The position numbers and the translations under genes were made by a program. 64,000 bases of DNA, from assembly GCF_009914755.1 (NCBI RefSeq), contig NC_060925.1. The stretch is one strand, 5' to 3'. This DNA is from the human T2T-CHM13v2.0 reference genome, Homo sapiens. The notes beneath the pieces are model-generated. The model did no database searches. It saw only the letters and a program-made list of their open reading frames with translations, and had not been told where the DNA came from. Of the stretch, positions 60,442 to 64,000 are shown piece after piece (position 1 is the first letter of the stretch; each line of letters begins with the position of its first letter).

Positions 60442-61655
60442 GTGGCCAGCCACACCAACCCTGTGCTCTCTGGCCCCCAGCTGGCCACACTTCTCCAGGA
60501 GGGACCCTTGGACTTCTTTGTGTGTCCAGTTTGGCCTCCTGCCCAAACTGTCCATTCCAGCAGCTCCTGCCCCCTTCTCTGTACTTGCTTCTGTCTGACA
60601 CCTTCTCCCTGTTGGCCTGAAGGGAGCTTAGAATGCAGCCCTACCTGGAGATAGTGCGGGCACCTGTGGCCAAGTGGAGCAGAGGTGGACATGGGGTTGG
60701 ATTGTTTTGATTATTTATAGTTACACAAGGACTTCTCCCAGCTGACCCTCAGGATGCCCCAAGTCAGGAAGACCATTAAGAATAGGAGGAGAGGGCTCTG
60801 CCTCAACTTTCCTAGGAAAGAGCCCACCTCGGAGATAGCTACGGTTTCCTCTGGTGGAGATGGTGAGGATGAAGGCTGGAGAGTGAGGGAGGAGGCTCTG
60901 CTGGCCGCAGAGAACACAGGGATGGGAGGGTCCCTAGCCTTCGGGCACCTCCAGGGCCAGAGAGCAGGCTCAGAGCAGCTAGTGTGGAGCTCAGCATCCC
61001 CACCCCACCCCTCCTCCCTGTAGAGCTGATTTGAGGCCTCCTTCTGGGGCTGGGCTCTGCAGGCCAGGTGGGTGTGGCCTGTGTTTTCCCTTCTGTTCTT
61101 TCTGCCTGTACTGGATCTGTTATTTTCAGGGAAACAGGCCCCAGGGCCCCCCTGAGCCTCACCCTAAGCCCTTAGGCCTCTGAGAGTGCTGTTGGGTTCT
61201 ATTTATTTATTTATTTGTTCCTTTGTTCCCTACCCGTGCCCCCAGTGTCTTCCCTGCTGAGTACCAGGAGAGGTCCTGCCCCATCCTCTCTCTGAAGCCA
61301 GGGCCCTTCCATTCCATTTAGCCTTTGGATCATCCTGGCTGGGAGAAGTGGGACCGAGCCACCCAGCCCCACTATCCCCAAGCAGCCCTACAGCCGGGAT
61401 GGGAGGCACGTGGCCTCTCTTTTATCCGTCTATTTATTTTGTAAGTGTATTCGTGTGGAGGAGGTTGTTGCTTTATTTTTTTAAGGCTCTGGAGTGTTGT
61501 GTATGGTTTCTTTTCACATCCCAGCCTCCCATGGGCACTTCTAAGAAGAGAGGGGATTTCTTGGAAAAGGAGAGAGGAATCCCCTAGAGCAGGGAAAGCA
61601 GTGCCTGCCAGCTGTTGTGCACCTTCCTGAGAAATAAATATCCTCTAAATTTTCA
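60442..61655 (+). other. TMCC2: TMCC2 3' UTR (~1.2 kb)
   Basis: Repeat-free stretch from the stop codon to the polyA signal; cleavage site approximate. Confidence 0.85.
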
Positions 61656-61700
61656 AACCATCCTGTCTGGTGTTGGTTGATTAGGTTGTGTCTGTGGGAA
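61633..61700 (+). terminator. TMCC2: Polyadenylation signal and GU-rich downstream element
   Basis: AATAAA at 61633-61638, then tgtctggtgttggttgattaggttgtgtctgt starting ~25 nt later. Confidence 0.88.
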
Positions 61701-62779
61701 CCACCACGTCTCTCCCCACACCCAAGCATTCTGGGTAACACAGGCTAGGCCTCTCCTGTTGACCTGAGGCCCTCTTCCTCCAGAATCCGACAAGGAACAA
61801 GGCATGGCCTAAGCGGTATGATAGAAGGGATGATATCCACCCCATCCAGGCCTCTTAGAGTCCAGGCAAAGGCAATTAGGAGAGAGATTTCCATAGCTCG
61901 GAGCAGGTGAGCCACCAGCGGCCTGAATGGCAGCAGCCATACCCAAGTGAGGCCACGAGAGGGCAGCAGAGTCCTTACGCTAACACTTTCTCCCGGTGCA
62001 GCCCCAAAGAAGGCAGCTGCTGGAGTTAGCTTGGTTTTCTCAGAGCCGTCAGCCAGAGCACAGAGCACCTGCTCTCCAGGTGCTGGAGCGTGGGCTTGAG
62101 TGTAGTGACCAGGCCCTCTGTGGCTGCAGCACCCACTCCCGGCAGTTCACACAGATGGGCACCCTAGATGGCACTGCACTCCCAGCAGTAACCCTGTGGG
62201 GGTTTAGGAGAGGCCACCTGAATCTCCCTGCTGGGATGAAAAGATGCTGACTTCCAGCATCTGGAACAGGAGGGATGGTGGGAAATGCACCCACCCCAGA
62301 GACCTGGGTCCTGGCCCATAGTGAGTAGATGGCAGCCAACTCACATCTCTCTGCACCTCAGTCTCCACATCAGCGGTAGAGGATGTGCAGCAGCTCACTT
62401 CGAAGGGCTTGGACATTCTGCAGTTCTGTGGGTCTGACAAATCAGAAGTTGCCGCTGTACTTGTGGCCTCAGGCTTGAGGAGACAACAAGAGTCAGAGAC
62501 AGTGCTGTCACCAGATTGGAGAGAAGGCTGTGCTGGTGCCACGGGGGGTGGCATTGGTGGCTCATCCTCACCCTCTGCACAATGTAAGAGTTTCACTAGG
62601 TGACCTTGCCGGGGCCTTCCAACAGTGTCATTCCTGGACCCTACACTCACCTCCCTTGGGGGCCACAGGTGTCCTAGAGCCCACATTCCTGGGCCCCAGG
62701 TGGGGGGTGGCTGCCCCAGGCTGCAGACATTTCCCACATTCCTCCCCAAGGTCAGGTGCCTTCCCTGAATTAAATGTCA

Positions 62780-63368
<589 letters not shown>

Positions 63369-64000
63369 GGAGTGCATTGCCCCCACTTCAACCTGGCCTC
63401 CTTTGCTGGGGACCGTTCTTCAGAATGCAGGGCCAACAGGCAGGTCCTTCCCAGAGCATCTGTCATGCAGGTCCCAGCCCCTCACCTGAGGGTCCGGAGG
63501 TCTCAGCCAGGCTGGTATGCTCCCCTCAGCCTGGGTCCACTACAGAGGGAGTAGCTAAGAATTCATGTTGAAGTTGGCACGTTACTGCTCCAGCAGCACT
63601 GAGCAGGCAGGTGGCATGTTTACCATGCCCGTGCAGAGCTGGCACTCCCTGCCAACCTCATCAAAACTGTAGGGCTACAACAGGTGCAGCCCTGGCAAAC
63701 AGCAAAGCAGGCAGACAGCACAGGCCAGCAGGAGGTGACTTAACCCCTGCCAGCACAGGTTACTCTGGAGTGGTTCTGAGCTATGGAGGGAGGGAAGGGA
63801 GGAGGAAAGACTTGGGGCCACAGGGTGGGAGAGGAGGGGAGCTGCAGCCTGGGCACCTGGAGGGATCTTCATGGCAGGTTCAATTTCCCTTTCAAAGCCA
63901 GGGCCCTTAAGTCAAGTCTGGATCCCAATATTAAGGAGCCAGCAGACCTAGGCTCAAACCCCAGTGCTGCCACTCACCTTGGACAGGGTTCCAGCTGCTC

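Overview
Primate (human-like) genomic DNA, Alu-dense, containing the complete TMCC2 gene on the + strand. TMCC2 encodes the ER transmembrane and coiled-coil protein 2 (TEX28/TMCC family). Five coding exons (16877-17083, 29813-30352, 57266-58200, 59437-59572, 60130-60441) splice via GT-AG sites into 2130 nt = 709 aa + stop, with AATAAA at 61633. The first ~700 bp look like the edge of a CpG promoter, probably that of the divergent neighbour DSTYK (recalled gene order, not shown by the sequence). The most notable structure is a 'variable N-terminus / constant body' layout: at least five ATG-bearing mini first exons in the 27-kb intron 2 end in phase-0 donors that join exon 3 in frame, and several sit behind promoter-like motif clusters, one GATA-rich. 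The two upstream promoters give leaders with stacked and overlapping uORFs. Other signals include a (UG)20-flanked cryptic donor in intron 1, inverted Alus bracketing exon 3, and several local duplication or templated-insertion scars upstream. Repeat boundaries are read by eye and approximate; subfamily calls are from recalled consensus similarity.
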